A DNA stretch of 64,000 bases from Escherichia coli 042 (GCF_000027125.1 NC_017626.1); one strand, 5' to 3'. Shown: positions 9,005 through 20,769, counted from the first letter of the stretch. Notes: generated by a model not told the origin, from the sequence alone. Program-made: numbers and translations.

Positions 9005-11272
9005 TTACGCTTTCACACACATAACGTGGTAAATACCGTCAATAATTTCTGTCCCTTCTGTTTCGTGTTCAAATCCAGGGAAATGATGGTCCCAGGATTG
9101 CAGCGAGCGTAAATAACTTACTTGCGGACTGTTTTTATCGCCGAAGTTTTCACCAGACAGCAGCATCGGGATTCCTGGCGGATACGGGATAACTGAGTTT
9201 GCCGCGATGCGTCCTGGCAGATTTTCAATGGATACCAGTTCGACATTGTTGTCGACAATCGCGTTGTACGCTTCACGCGGGGTGATTTCCGCCACCGGCA
9301 GGCCGGAATAGGCTTCGTTCAACCGTGCGCCAGGGTTGTTTTCTTTCAGCCAGGCAAACATGGTGTCACCCAGATCGTGAATCCCCATGTTCGCGTAAGT
9401 GTCAGGATATTGTTCAACAAGTTCCGGCATCACCTGCGCCAGCGGTGTGTTGGCGTCATAGTGGCGTTTGAAGGAGCAAAGGGTGTTAACCAGAGTCCCC
9501 CATTTCCCACGGGTTATGCCCATAGAGAACAGGAACATGATTTGGAAGTCAGTGGTGCGGGTAGGCACAATGCCGTGGCGACCAAGCCAGGCAGTGACCA
9601 GCGCCGCCGGAACACCGGTTTCTTCCAGTTCACCATCTTCACCCATTCCCGGAGCAAGGATGCTGACTTTAATCGGGTCGAGCATACTCCAGTTATCCGG
9701 AATATCTTTGAAGCCGTGCCAGCTTTCGCCCGGATGCATGACCCAGCAGTCCTGAACGGTGGTCAGCAGTTTGGTTGGTGCGTCAGCAAAGTCATAGGTT
9801 TTGCCGGTTTGTGGGTCGGTGACGACTTCTTTGTTCCACGGTTTGAAGAACCAGCTACCGTCAGCGGTGAACTCTTTATACAGCCGCGCCATCGCCTGAC
9901 GGAAATCAACCGCTTCGTCGATCACTTCCTGGGTCAGTGACAGGCCGCTGTTGCCGTCCATCATCGACACTGCCACGTCGTTGGATGCACAGATGGCATA
10001 CAGCGGGGAGGTGGTGGCATGCATCATGTAGGCCTGGTTGAAGCGGGAGAAGTTAATCGCCCCACGACCTTCACGTACATGAATATAAGAGGCCTGTGAC
10101 AGTGCATTCAGTAGTTTGTGGGTGGAGTGGGTGGCGAAAACGGTAGGACCGTTGTGATCGCCAGGTTCGCCGCGCATGGCATAGTGATCGGCATAGATCG
10201 GGTTGAAACGTGCATAGCCGTACCAGGCTTCGTCAAAGTGCAGACGATCGGAGGTTTTTTCCAGCAGATCCTGCGCTTCTTTAGCGTTATAACACACGCC
10301 GTCATAGGTACAGTTGGTCACTACGCAGTAAGACGGTTTTTGCCCGGCTTTGTCTTTAGTCAGCGGGCTTTCACTGATTTTCTTCTGCAAGGTTTCAGGT
10401 TGCATTTCCTGCGGATAGATTGGCCCGATAATGCCGTAGCGGTTGCGGCTTGGCACCATGTAGACCGGTTTCGCGCCCGTCAGCATCAAGCCTTGTTCGA
10501 TGGATTTATGGCAGTTACGGTCAACGACCACGACATCGTTATCGGTCATGCAAGCCTGCATGATGGTGCGGTTAGAGCCGGAAGTACCGACGACTACCGA
10601 CCAGGAGCGATCGGCACCAAATACGCGTGCGGCATATTTTTCGCTTTCGCCAAATGCGCCAGTATGGTCAAGCAAAGAACCGAGGGAAGTTCGTTCGATG
10701 CCCATGTCGGTGCGGAACAGATTTTCACCATAGAAGTCATGGTAGAAACGTCCGGCGGGTGTTTTGGTAAAACCAACGCCACCCTGGTGGCCTGGCGCTG
10801 CCCAGGAATATTCATGGATGTCGCTATATTTCATCAGCGCGCTGAACAGTGGCGGCAACAGTTGCTGGCGGTAGCGGGTCATCGCGGCAACGGCGCGTCC
10901 GGCGATAAAGTCGGCGGTATCTTCCAGAATCCAGGCGAATTCATCGACAAGCTCCAGCAGATCCCGGTCCATTGCGGCGAGGGCTTTTTCCCGATCGCCC
11001 AACAGGAAGACCGGCACGTTTTGTTGGCGCTCATGAAGCTTACCGATCAATTGTCTGACGTTTTGATGTTCGTCCGGATGTTCCATTTGATAGCTGAACA
11101 TCAGGCAGTCAATGGCTTCGTTTGAAGAGAGAATGGCAAAACCATCATCAAAGGAGGTGGATTTAATCACGGTAACATTTTGCTGGCTTAAAGCATCTGC
11201 CAGACGCTCAACGGCGTTACCGACCCAGGTGTCTTGATGGAGAAACTCGCTTTCAACAATTAATACTTTCAT
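9005..11272 (-). CDS. adiA: Biodegradative arginine decarboxylase AdiA (755 aa from MKVLIVES)
   Basis: PLP-dependent Orn/Lys/Arg decarboxylase. The ORF has two N-terminal Met (756 aa). Confidence 0.95.
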   Translation of the reverse strand: MKVLIVESEFLHQDTWVGNAVERLADALSQQNVTVIKSTSFDDGFAILSSNEAIDCLMFSYQMEHPDEHQNVRQLIGKLHERQQNVPVFLLGDREKALAAMDRDLLELVDEFAWILEDTADFIAGRAVAAMTRYRQQLLPPLFSALMKYSDIHEYSWAAPGHQGGVGFTKTPAGRFYHDFYGENLFRTDMGIERTSLGSLLDHTGAFGESEKYAARVFGADRSWSVVVGTSGSNRTIMQACMTDNDVVVVDRNCHKSIEQGLMLTGAKPVYMVPSRNRYGIIGPIYPQEMQPETLQKKISESPLTKDKAGQKPSYCVVTNCTYDGVCYNAKEAQDLLEKTSDRLHFDEAWYGYARFNPIYADHYAMRGEPGDHNGPTVFATHSTHKLLNALSQASYIHVREGRGAINFSRFNQAYMMHATTSPLYAICASNDVAVSMMDGNSGLSLTQEVIDEAVDFRQAMARLYKEFTADGSWFFKPWNKEVVTDPQTGKTYDFADAPTKLLTTVQDCWVMHPGESWHGFKDIPDNWSMLDPIKVSILAPGMGEDGELEETGVPAALVTAWLGRHGIVPTRTTDFQIMFLFSMGITRGKWGTLVNTLCSFKRHYDANTPLAQVMPELVEQYPDTYANMGIHDLGDTMFAWLKENNPGARLNEAYSGLPVAEITPREAYNAIVDNNVELVSIENLPGRIAANSVIPYPPGIPMLLSGENFGDKNSPQVSYLRSLQSWDHHFPGFEHETEGTEIIDGIYHVMCVKA

Positions 11273-11470
11273 CATTGCTTACCCGGTTATGAAGGAATCT
11301 TCGTTGCGGGCAAGTATCTTCCGGCCTTTTCGGGCTGTAAAGCGCGTGAAAAACAAACATTTTTGAAATATTTGTTTTTATAAACAATATGTTATGTGAT
11401 TATTTTAAATTATTTTCACTGCTTATTATCGACGGCTAAACTATTTTTTTGGCTGATACTGATATCGTCT

Positions 11471-12379
11471 TTAGCCGGGAAACGTCTGGCGGCGCTGTTG
11501 GCTAAGTTTGCGGTATTGTTGCGGCGACATGCCGACATATTTGCCGAACGTGCTGTAAAAACGACTACTTGAACGAAAGCCTGCCGTCAGGGCAATATCG
11601 AGAATACTTTTATCGGTATCGCTCAGTAACGCGCGAACGTGGTTGATGCGCATCGCGGTTATGTACTGTTTCATCGTCAATTGCATGACCCGCTGGAATA
11701 TCCCCATTGCATAGTTGGCGTTAAGTTTGACGTGCTCAGCCACATCGTTGATGGTCAGCGCCTGATCATAGTTTTCGGCAATAAAGCCCAGCATCTGGCT
11801 AACATAAAATTGCGCATGGCGCGAGACGCTGTTTTTGTGTGTGCGCGAGGTTTTATTGACCAGAATCGGTTCCCAGCCAGAGAGGCTAAATCGCTTGAGC
11901 ATCAGGCCAATTTCATCAATGGCGAGCTGGCGAATTTGCTCGTTCGGACTGTTCAATTCCTGCTGCCAGCGGCGCACTTCAAACGGGCTAAGTTGCTGTG
12001 TGGCCAGTGATTTGATCACCATGCCGTGAGTGACGTGGTTAATCAGGTCTTTATCCAGCGGCCAGGAGAGAAACAGATGCATCGGCAGATTAAAAATCGC
12101 CATGCTCTGACAGGTTCCTGTATCTGTTAGTTGGTGCGGTGTACAGGCCCAGAACAGCGTGATATGACCCTGATTGATATTCACTTTTTCATTGTTGATC
12201 AGGTATTCCACATCGCCATCGAAAGGCACATTCACTTCGACCTGGCCATGCCAGTGGCTGGTGGGCATGATATGCGGTGCGCGAAACTCAATCTCCATCC
12301 GCTGGTATTCCGAATACAGCGACAGCGGGCTGCGGGTCTGTTTTTCGTCGCTGCTGCACATAAACGTATCTGTATTCAT
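11471..12379 (-). CDS. melR: AraC-family melibiose operon activator MelR (302 aa)
   Basis: Length, divergent orientation to melA and sequence match. Confidence 0.95.
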   Translation of the reverse strand: MNTDTFMCSSDEKQTRSPLSLYSEYQRMEIEFRAPHIMPTSHWHGQVEVNVPFDGDVEYLINNEKVNINQGHITLFWACTPHQLTDTGTCQSMAIFNLPMHLFLSWPLDKDLINHVTHGMVIKSLATQQLSPFEVRRWQQELNSPNEQIRQLAIDEIGLMLKRFSLSGWEPILVNKTSRTHKNSVSRHAQFYVSQMLGFIAENYDQALTINDVAEHVKLNANYAMGIFQRVMQLTMKQYITAMRINHVRALLSDTDKSILDIALTAGFRSSSRFYSTFGKYVGMSPQQYRKLSQQRRQTFPG

Positions 12380-12529
12380 GGATGGCTCTCTTTCCTGGAA
12401 TATCAGAATTATGGCAGGAGTGAGGGAGGATGACTGCGAGTGGGAGCACGGTTTTCACCCTCTTCCCACAGCGGCGAGGGGAGCGTCCGAGCATCATGAG
12501 GCCGAAAACTCTGCTTTTCAGGTAACTTA

Positions 12530-12584
12530 TTCCCATAAACTCAGATTTATTGATGCTTCACGTAGGATCTGAGTTTATGGGAAT
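12530..12584. promoter_or_regulatory. melAB/melR control region: inverted pair of MelR-type 18-bp sites (tCCCATAAACTCAGAtt ... aTCTGAGTTTATGGGaa)
   Basis: 15-bp perfect inverted repeat carrying the CCCATAAACTCAGA MelR-site core, between melR and melA. Confidence 0.6.
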
Positions 12585-12661
12585 GCTCAACCTGGAAGCC
12601 GGAGGTTTTCTGCAGATTCGCCTGCCATGATGAAGTTATTCAAGCAAGCCAGGAGATCTGC

Positions 12662-14017
12662 ATGATGTCTGCACCCAAAATTACATTTATCGGCGCTGGT
12701 TCGACGATTTTCGTTAAAAATATTCTTGGTGATGTGTTCCATCGCGAGGCGCTGAAAACGGCGCATATTGCCCTGATGGACATTGATCCCACCCGCCTGG
12801 AAGAGTCGCATATTGTGGTGCGCAAGCTGATGGATTCAGCAGGGGCCAGCGGCAAAATCACCTGCCACACCCAACAGAAAGAAGCCTTACAGGATGCCGA
12901 TTTTGTCGTGGTGGCATTTCAGATTGGCGGTTATGAACCTTGCACGGTGACTGATTTCGAGGTCTGTAAGCGGCATGGTCTGGAACAAACCATTGCCGAT
13001 ACGTTGGGGCCGGGCGGTATTATGCGCGCGCTACGTACCATTCCGCATCTGTGGCAAATTTGCGAGGACATGACGGAAGTCTGCCCCGATGCCACCATGC
13101 TCAACTACGTTAACCCAATGGCGATGAATACCTGGGCGATGTATGCCCGCTATCCGCATATCAAACAGGTAGGGCTGTGCCATTCGGTGCAGGGAACGGC
13201 GGAAGAGCTGGCGCGTGACCTCAATATCGACCCGGCTACGCTGCGTTACCGTTGCGCAGGTATCAACCATATGGCGTTTTACCTGGAACTGGAGCGCAAA
13301 ACCGCCGACGGCAGTTACGTGAATCTCTACCCGGAACTGCTGGCGGCTTATGAAGCAGGGCAGGCACCGAAGCCGAATATTCATGGCAATACTCGCTGCC
13401 AGAATATTGTGCGCTATGAAATGTTCAAAAAGCTGGGCTACTTCGTCACGGAATCGTCAGAACATTTTGCTGAGTACACACCGTGGTTTATTAAGCCAGG
13501 TCGTGAGGATTTGATTGAGCGTTATAAAGTACCGCTGGATGAGTACCCGAAACGCTGCGTCGAGCAGCTGGCGAACTGGCATAAAGAGCTGGAGGAGTAT
13601 AAAAACGCCTCCCGGATTGATATTAAACCGTCACGGGAATATGCCAGCACAATCATGAACGCTATCTGGACTGGCGAGCCGAGTGTGATTTACGGCAACG
13701 TCCGTAACGATGTTTTGATTGATAACCTGCCACAAGGATGTTGCGTGGAAGTAGCCTGTCTGGTTGATGCTAATGGCATTCAGCCGACCAAAGTCGGTAC
13801 GCTACCTTCGCATCTGGCCGCTCTGATGCAAACCAACATCAACGTACAGACGCTGCTGACCGAAGCCATTCTTACGGAAAATCGCGACCGTGTTTACCAC
13901 GCCGCGATGATGGACCCGCATACTGCCGCCGTGCTGGGCATTGACGAAATATATGCTCTTGTTGACGACCTGATTGCTGCCCACGGCGACTGGCTGCCAG
14001 GCTGGTTGCACCGCTAA
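12662..14017 (+). CDS. melA: Alpha-galactosidase MelA (451 aa)
   Basis: NAD/Mn-dependent GH4 enzyme; N-terminus MMSAPKITFIGAGS and length match. Confidence 0.95.
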   Translation: MMSAPKITFIGAGSTIFVKNILGDVFHREALKTAHIALMDIDPTRLEESHIVVRKLMDSAGASGKITCHTQQKEALQDADFVVVAFQIGGYEPCTVTDFEVCKRHGLEQTIADTLGPGGIMRALRTIPHLWQICEDMTEVCPDATMLNYVNPMAMNTWAMYARYPHIKQVGLCHSVQGTAEELARDLNIDPATLRYRCAGINHMAFYLELERKTADGSYVNLYPELLAAYEAGQAPKPNIHGNTRCQNIVRYEMFKKLGYFVTESSEHFAEYTPWFIKPGREDLIERYKVPLDEYPKRCVEQLANWHKELEEYKNASRIDIKPSREYASTIMNAIWTGEPSVIYGNVRNDVLIDNLPQGCCVEVACLVDANGIQPTKVGTLPSHLAALMQTNINVQTLLTEAILTENRDRVYHAAMMDPHTAAVLGIDEIYALVDDLIAAHGDWLPGWLHR

Positions 14018-14664
14018 GGGGTTATCGCTTCCGGCGCTCTGGTTATCAAGCCAAAGCGCCGTAGCTGGCGGCAATGCAAGCGAGCGAGGAATATCACCGT
14101 CGTTAATGCGCCAAGCAGCGCGCAGAACATATCGGATTGCGTGTCCCACTGGTCGCCCTGGGTGCCGAGAAAATCATCCGCTCCCTGACCCATTGCCAGC
14201 GCCGCCCACCACTCGATTAATTCATACATCGCGCTTATCGCCAGCGCCACGCAACAGACCAGAAACGCCACCATTTTACGTCCGCGAACGTACATCCCGC
14301 GCACAAGGATCTCACGTGCCACCAGTGCAGGCACCAGCCCCTGGAAAAAATGCCCCAGCTTGTCATACGGATTACGGCTCAACCCCAGCCATTCCTGCAC
14401 CTCAAAACCAACGGGGACTTTCGCGTAGGTGTATTGTCCGCCGACCATCAGGATGATGGCGTGAAAGAAAATGAGCGTATAGAGCAGCGGCGTTAACGGA
14501 TAACGTCTGGCGGTGGCAAGCAGTAGCGGCACGACAATAATCACCGGTGTCACTTCCATCAGCCAGGTGAGTTTGTCATGGGCCGAAATGCCGGTATAAA
14601 TCAGGATTAACGTTAGCGCCAGTGCGCCGGTGTTAAGAATTAACGGCTTGAGTGTGCGGGTCAT
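14014..14664 (-). CDS. yjdF: Inner membrane protein YjdF (216-aa ORF)
   Basis: Multi-TM protein. Its stop overlaps the melA stop by 4 nt, so melB (expected between them) is absent. Confidence 0.85.
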   Translation of the reverse strand: MTRTLKPLILNTGALALTLILIYTGISAHDKLTWLMEVTPVIIVVPLLLATARRYPLTPLLYTLIFFHAIILMVGGQYTYAKVPVGFEVQEWLGLSRNPYDKLGHFFQGLVPALVAREILVRGMYVRGRKMVAFLVCCVALAISAMYELIEWWAALAMGQGADDFLGTQGDQWDTQSDMFCALLGALTTVIFLARLHCRQLRRFGLITRAPEAITP

Positions 14665-14786
14665 GGTGAGTTCGCAAGTCAGGGAAAATACTGACTATTC
14701 ACCAGCAAGCGTGAAATTACAATCGTAAAAGAGGTGGCCCAGGGGGATCACCTGGCAGCATGCTGCCAGGCGCTGGGCCGAAGAGG

Positions 14787-16433
14787 TTACTTAGTGCAGT
14801 TCGCGCACTGTTTGTTGACGATTTGCTGGAAGAAGTCGTTACCTTTGTCATCGACCAGGATAAACGCCGGGAAATCTTCTACTTCGATTTTCCAGATAGC
14901 TTCCATACCCAGCTCTGGATAAGCGACGCATTCCAGATGCTTGATGCTCTGCTGCGCCAGTACCGCCGCCGGACCGCCGATGCTACCGAGGTAGAAGCCG
15001 CCGTGTTTATGACACGCGTCGGTAACCTGCTGACTGCGGTTACCTTTCGCCAGCATGATCATGCTGCCGCCGTGGGATTGCAGCAGATCCACGTAGGAGT
15101 CCATACGACCTGCGGTAGTTGGGCCAAGTGAACCTGATGGATAACCGGCAGGGGTTTTCGCCGGACCCGCGTAGTAGATCGGGTGATCTTTGATGTACTG
15201 CGGAAGTTCTTTACCGGCGTCAATCAGCTCTTTCAGCTTGGCGTGTGCAATATCTCGACCCACAATAATGGTGCCGGTGAGCGACAAACGAGTGGAAACC
15301 GGATATTGCGAAAGCTGGGCGAGGATCTCTTTCATCGGGCGGTTAAGGTCGACCTTCACCGCTTCGCCTTCACCGGCCTGACGCAGTTCTTGTGGAATGT
15401 ACTGGCCTGGATTGTGTTCCAGTTTTTCGATCCAGATACCTTCGCGGTTGATTTTCGCTTTAATGTTACGGTCAGCGGAGCAGGAGACGCCCATGCCTAC
15501 CGGGCAGGATGCGCCGTGACGTGGCAGACGGATAACGCGAATGTCGTGCGCGAAGTATTTACCGCCAAACTGCGCGCCAAGACCGAGTTTCTGGGCCTCT
15601 TCCAGCAGTTCCTGTTCCAGCTGGACATCGCGGAACGCCTGACCATGTTCGTTCCCTTCCGTCGGCAGCTCATCATAATAGTGAGCGCTTGCTAACTTGA
15701 CGGTTTTCAGGTTGGTTTCCGCAGACGTACCGCCAATCACAAACGCGATATGGTACGGCGGGCAGGCTGCCGTACCGAGGGTACGCATTTTCTCAACGAG
15801 GAAGTTTTTCAGTTTGCCGGGAGTCAGCAGAGCTTTGGTTTCCTGGTAGAGATAGGTTTTGTTGGCAGAGCCGCCGCCTTTAGCGACACAGAGGAATTTG
15901 TACTCATCGCCATCTACCGCGTACAGGTCGATTTGCGCAGGCAGGTTAGTGCCGGTGTTGACCTCTTTGTACATGTCCAGCGCCGCATTCTGTGAATAGC
16001 GCAGGTTATCTTCGATATAGGTGTTATAGACGCCTTTCGACAGCGCTTCTTCATCACCGCCGCCGGTCCACACGCGCTGACCTTTTTTACCGACGATGAT
16101 CGCGGTGCCGGTGTCCTGGCAGGTCGGCAGCACGCCTTTGGCGGCGATTTCGGAGTTTCTTAAGAATTGCAGCGCCACGTACTTGTCGTTTTCGCTGGCT
16201 TCTGGATCTTGAAGAATAGCCGCGACCTGTTTCTGGTGTGCCGGGCGGAGCATGAAAGAAGCGTCGTGAAAGGCTTGCTGCGCCAGCAGAGTCAGGGCTT
16301 CTGGTTCCACTTTCAGGATGGTTTCACCGTCGAAGTCGGCAACGCTAACGTAATCGGAAGTGAGTAGATAGTATTCGGTATTGTCTTTCCCCATCGGGAA
16401 AGGTGCCTGGTAGATAAAGGGTTTGTTTGACAT
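14787..16433 (-). CDS. fumB: Class I fumarate hydratase FumB (548 aa)
   Basis: Fe-S fumarase; sequence and length recognised. Confidence 0.95.
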   Translation of the reverse strand: MSNKPFIYQAPFPMGKDNTEYYLLTSDYVSVADFDGETILKVEPEALTLLAQQAFHDASFMLRPAHQKQVAAILQDPEASENDKYVALQFLRNSEIAAKGVLPTCQDTGTAIIVGKKGQRVWTGGGDEEALSKGVYNTYIEDNLRYSQNAALDMYKEVNTGTNLPAQIDLYAVDGDEYKFLCVAKGGGSANKTYLYQETKALLTPGKLKNFLVEKMRTLGTAACPPYHIAFVIGGTSAETNLKTVKLASAHYYDELPTEGNEHGQAFRDVQLEQELLEEAQKLGLGAQFGGKYFAHDIRVIRLPRHGASCPVGMGVSCSADRNIKAKINREGIWIEKLEHNPGQYIPQELRQAGEGEAVKVDLNRPMKEILAQLSQYPVSTRLSLTGTIIVGRDIAHAKLKELIDAGKELPQYIKDHPIYYAGPAKTPAGYPSGSLGPTTAGRMDSYVDLLQSHGGSMIMLAKGNRSQQVTDACHKHGGFYLGSIGGPAAVLAQQSIKHLECVAYPELGMEAIWKIEVEDFPAFILVDDKGNDFFQQIVNKQCANCTK

Positions 16434-16510
16434 AGCTTCCAGCCTGTAACTCTGTATTTGTTATTCGAAAATGGCGTGCCGCGTAGTGACGGGCGGCACG
16501 CAAAGTGCAT

Positions 16511-17851
16511 TTATAAGAACCCGTACATCGCGGCGAAGATCCAGCCGAAGACGCACGATACGCTCACACCAATCAACCCCGGCAGAATAAAGCTGTGGTT
16601 AATGACGAAGCGACCGATGTGGGTGGTGCCGGAACGGTCAAACTGAATCGCTGCCAGATCGCTCGGATAAGTCGGCAGGATGTAATAACCGTAGCAAGCC
16701 GGTGCTGAAGCCACGATGTATGCCGGATCAACGCCGATCGCCAGCGCGACCGGAACAATCGCCGCCAGCGCCGCAGCCTGAGAGTTTACAAACTTGGAAA
16801 CCAGCAGCAGAACAATGGCATAGGCCCACGGATACTCTTTCACCATTTCGCCCAGTACGCCCTGAATTTCAGACATATGTGCACCGAACATGGTTTCTGC
16901 CATCCATGCGATACCGTACACCGCCACGATGGCGATCATACCGGAACGGAAGACTTCGTTTTTTGAGATAGACGCGGGATTGGTTTTGGTCAGGATAATA
17001 ATCAGCGCCCCGGTCAGCAGCATAAACATCTGAATAACCAGTACCATCGACAGCGGTTTGCCACCGAAGGATGGACGCAGGTCCGAATCAGCACCAAGAA
17101 GGGCGACTACAGCGATTGCCCCGAGGAAAATCCACATTGCCAGCCAGTTGCTTTTCGGCAGTTTTTTATCCAGCAGCGTCGCGGTATCACCGTAAACATA
17201 CTCACGGTTTTCCGGTACGGAGATGAATTTCTGGAACTCTTCGTCTTTATCCAGATCTTTACCGCGGAACCAGCTGAAGATACCGATCGCCAGGATACCG
17301 ATTAACGTCGATGGAATGGTGATTGCCAGCAGGTCGAGGAACTCAAGATGGCGACCATCAAAGGTGACATTACCCAGCATCGCAACCAGAGACACGACTG
17401 CAACCGACACCGGACTGGCGATAATCCCCATCTGTGCACCAATAGAACTTGCCGCCATCGGACGTTCCGGACGGATATTGTTCTTAATAGCAACGTCGTA
17501 GATGATCGGCAGAATGGTGTAAACCACATGACCCGTACCGCAAAGAATGGTCAGCGTACAGGTCACAAACGGCGCGACAATTGAGACATATTTCGGGTTA
17601 CGGCGCAGCAGCTTCTCGGCAATTTGCAGCATGACATCAAGACCGCCCGAAGCTTGCAAGGTCGCCGATGCCGCCACCACCGCAATGATAACCAGCATGA
17701 CATCAACCGGTGGTTTACCTGGCTGAAGGTGGAAGACGAAGACCAGAATGACCAGACCGATACCGCCTAATAAACCCAGCGCGATACCACCCTTTCTGGC
17801 ACCATAAAACAGACATATCAGTATTATGATAAGTTGGATAGTAAATAACAT
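16511..17851 (-). CDS. dcuB: Anaerobic C4-dicarboxylate antiporter DcuB (446 aa)
   Basis: Dcu-family transporter; length matches. Confidence 0.95.
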
Positions 17852-18421
17852 GTGTGAACCCTCGCGATAATCCTATTTAAATTTTTGCTGAATAGATCAC
17901 AGTCACGTTCTGTTTTGTATGAACTGTTTTCAGAGCCTGACTAAATATCCGTTTGGTCGTTACCGGCTTGAGCAAATACCTCACAGTGAATATTGGCTGA
18001 TTAAAGCAGCGGCAAATTTATGCACTGTGATAAGCGGCTTTTTCAGAGAGAAAGACTCTCTGGCGATGGGTTTATAGTTTGTACAACGCAGATGTTAATG
18101 TTTTGTTTGCTTCTATCTTATTGATATTTATCGGTCTGTTTTTTGTTCTCAGGGCAGATGTCATTAGGTTTATAGATTAATCTGATCTACCCATTTGTGG
18201 GTAAAAATACACATAATGCGGGTGACATAATAGTTAATTAACTTTTGTTAGCGTTTTGAAATTAAAAACACCGTTCATCTGAAGAGATATTAATTTTTAA
18301 CGATGATGGAGGGATAATTATATTTGATCTGGCACAAGTTTTACTGATGAAGAATGTAACTTGTGCCAGGAATATTTTGCATTACAGTAATAATTATTAC
18401 TTACAGATAACCAGCGATCCG
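17852..18421 (-). promoter_or_regulatory. AT-rich dcuB promoter/regulatory region (DcuR/FNR/CRP-controlled in K-12)
   Basis: 570 bp non-coding AT-rich DNA between dcuR and dcuB; individual sites not resolved. Confidence 0.4.
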
Positions 18422-19141
18422 TTATTGGCAATATTGTTTCAGCAGTGAGTAGTGTTCTGCCTGAATTCGGTAACGGTAAACCGGACGCCCCGTTACGCCA
18501 TAATGGATACTGGTGAACAAGATGTGGCAGTTGACCAGCCAGATGAGGTATTTACGGCAGGAAACACGTGAGATGTTAACCTCGTTGGCCAGCTCGTCGG
18601 TTGAAAACTCATAGTCCTGATGCGCGTCAATCCACTGGCACAGCGTGCGTAACGTCTGCGGCGTTAAGCCTTTTGGCAAGCGACGAGGATCCTGTTCGTT
18701 GGAGCTGCTGCCGTGGATTAGCTGATCAAGCTCGGCCTGGTCATAATACTGATGTTTTTCCAGCGCCATTTTCTTTTGCCGCCAGCCGGTGAGCGCCTCT
18801 TCAAAGCGGGAAGCCTGGAAGGGTTTGATCAGGTAATCCACGACACCGTAATGCAGCGAATCTTTAATGGTTGCCGCATCGGCTGCGGAGGAGATGACAA
18901 TCACATCACTTTTGCAACGCGCGTTATGCAGGACAGGCAGTAAATCGAGCCCGTTCTCTTTTTGCATATAGATATCGAGCAATATCAGGTCGATAGGCGT
19001 ATCGCTATCGAAGATAATCTCTTTGGCTTTCTCCAGCGTCGAGGCTGTTCCACAGCATTGAAAGCCCGGGATTTGTGCCACGTATCGGCGATTCAGCTCC
19101 GCGACCATTGCGTCGTCATCGATAATTAATACATTGATCAT
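18422..19141 (-). CDS. dcuR: Response regulator DcuR (239 aa)
   Basis: CitB-family regulator, translationally coupled to dcuS. Confidence 0.95.
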   Translation of the reverse strand: MINVLIIDDDAMVAELNRRYVAQIPGFQCCGTASTLEKAKEIIFDSDTPIDLILLDIYMQKENGLDLLPVLHNARCKSDVIVISSAADAATIKDSLHYGVVDYLIKPFQASRFEEALTGWRQKKMALEKHQYYDQAELDQLIHGSSSNEQDPRRLPKGLTPQTLRTLCQWIDAHQDYEFSTDELANEVNISRVSCRKYLIWLVNCHILFTSIHYGVTGRPVYRYRIQAEHYSLLKQYCQ

Positions 19142-20769
19142 CTGTTCGACCTCTCCCCGTCCCAGGGTATCTGGACAAAAAATTGTGTGAAAATCCCGGG
19201 TTCCGATTCCACGGCGATGCTGCCGCCGAGATTTTCTACCTGTTGTTTGACAAGTGCTAAACCGACGCCTCGCTCGCTTCCTTTTGTCGAGACACCTTTG
19301 TCAAAAATGTGATCGATTTTGTCGGGTGCGATCCCCGGTCCATCATCGTTAACTTCACAGTGCAGCCAGCCGTGACGGTAGTGCAATGTTACGCTAATTT
19401 CGCCACCGGGTTCCGGCCCTAATGCTTCCAGCGCGTTTTCTATCAGATTTCCCAACGTGGTAATCAGCGTCGCGACCTGGTCTTCACTGCCGCTGTCTGG
19501 CAGCTGGCTTTCACTGTTTAAAATCAGCGTATGGCCTAAATCGGTCGCGCGGTTAATCTTGCTGATTAAAAAACCAGCGATAACCGGAGATTTGATCTTA
19601 CCCAGCAGAGAGCCAATCTCTTCCTGATAGTTATTGGCTGTTTTGAGAATGTAATCTTCCAACTGCTTATAACTCTTCAGATGCAATAATCCGAGAATCA
19701 CATGCAATTTATTCATAAATTCGTGGGACCGTTCACGAAGTGCGTCAGCATAGTTGACCAGACCGTCGAGTCGTTGCATCAGTTTACGTACTTCAGTTTT
19801 GTCCCTGAAGGTTGAAATGGCACCGATGATAACGCCATTACTGCGCACCGGAACGGTGTTGATCAGTAATAGCCGGTCTTTAATCGTAATCTCTTCGTCG
19901 CGGCGCGGGGTACCGTCGCGTAACACTTCCGAGACATCTACCACCTGTGACCACGAGTGGCTTAGCGTCGACAGTTTCTCATCGTCCTGCGACTTACGGT
20001 AATTCAGCAATTCTTGTGCGGCATCGTTGATCAGCGTGACCTCGCCGCGATCGTCCACGGCAACGACGCCTTCTTTGATAGACTGCAACATGGCCTGGCG
20101 TTGCTCAAACAGCGTGGAGATTTCGTAGGGTTCCAGGCCGAAAAGGATTTTTTTCAGTACTTTAACCAGAATGCAGGTGCCAATCAGTCCGACCAGCATG
20201 CCAAATAATACTGACCAGATAATGCTCCAGCGACTGTCATTGATCTGTTGGGTCACGCGGCTTAACTCAAGGCCGATCGCCACCACGCCAATTTGTTTAT
20301 GATTTTCATCGTAGATGGGGGTAAATACGCGTAAAGCCTGCGCCAGAAAACCGCGATTGATAGCGACATTTTCTTCGCCATTCAGCGCTTTAAGGATGTC
20401 ATCACCTTTAAATGGCTGACCAATACGCTGGGCTTCAGGATGCGAGTAGCGAAGACTTTGCATATCGGTAACGACAATAAACAGCAGATCGTTGCGTTTG
20501 CGTACGGCTTCCGCGATGGCCTGGATGCCGCTCTCCTGCGGTTTTTTCTGCAAGCCCTGACGGATTTCCGGCGAGTCGGCGAGAGTACGCGCCACTGCCA
20601 GTGCCTTGTTGGCTAGCCCGTCTCGCGTCATATCACTGATTTGCGAGAAGTAAATCAGATGCACCACCAATAGCACCGAGAACAGTACCGCGCTGACCAT
20701 TAAGATCACAGTGGTACTCAATTTCATCGGACGTTTGCGTAACATGCGGTAGGGCAATGAATGTCTCAT
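19138..20769 (-). CDS. dcuS: C4-dicarboxylate sensor kinase DcuS (543 aa)
   Basis: Two TM segments, PAS and HisKA domains; length matches. Confidence 0.95.
   Translation of the reverse strand: MRHSLPYRMLRKRPMKLSTTVILMVSAVLFSVLLVVHLIYFSQISDMTRDGLANKALAVARTLADSPEIRQGLQKKPQESGIQAIAEAVRKRNDLLFIVVTDMQSLRYSHPEAQRIGQPFKGDDILKALNGEENVAINRGFLAQALRVFTPIYDENHKQIGVVAIGLELSRVTQQINDSRWSIIWSVLFGMLVGLIGTCILVKVLKKILFGLEPYEISTLFEQRQAMLQSIKEGVVAVDDRGEVTLINDAAQELLNYRKSQDDEKLSTLSHSWSQVVDVSEVLRDGTPRRDEEITIKDRLLLINTVPVRSNGVIIGAISTFRDKTEVRKLMQRLDGLVNYADALRERSHEFMNKLHVILGLLHLKSYKQLEDYILKTANNYQEEIGSLLGKIKSPVIAGFLISKINRATDLGHTLILNSESQLPDSGSEDQVATLITTLGNLIENALEALGPEPGGEISVTLHYRHGWLHCEVNDDGPGIAPDKIDHIFDKGVSTKGSERGVGLALVKQQVENLGGSIAVESEPGIFTQFFVQIPWDGERSNR

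Noticed and set aside
10118-11125. 335-aa ORF on the + strand
   Set aside because: Lies entirely antisense within adiA; typical spurious long antisense frame with no RBS or family resemblance.
13974-14456. 160-aa Pro/Arg-rich ORF on the + strand after melA
   Set aside because: Antisense to yjdF; composition atypical for a protein. It is not a melB remnant: melB would be a hydrophobic 12-TM protein.
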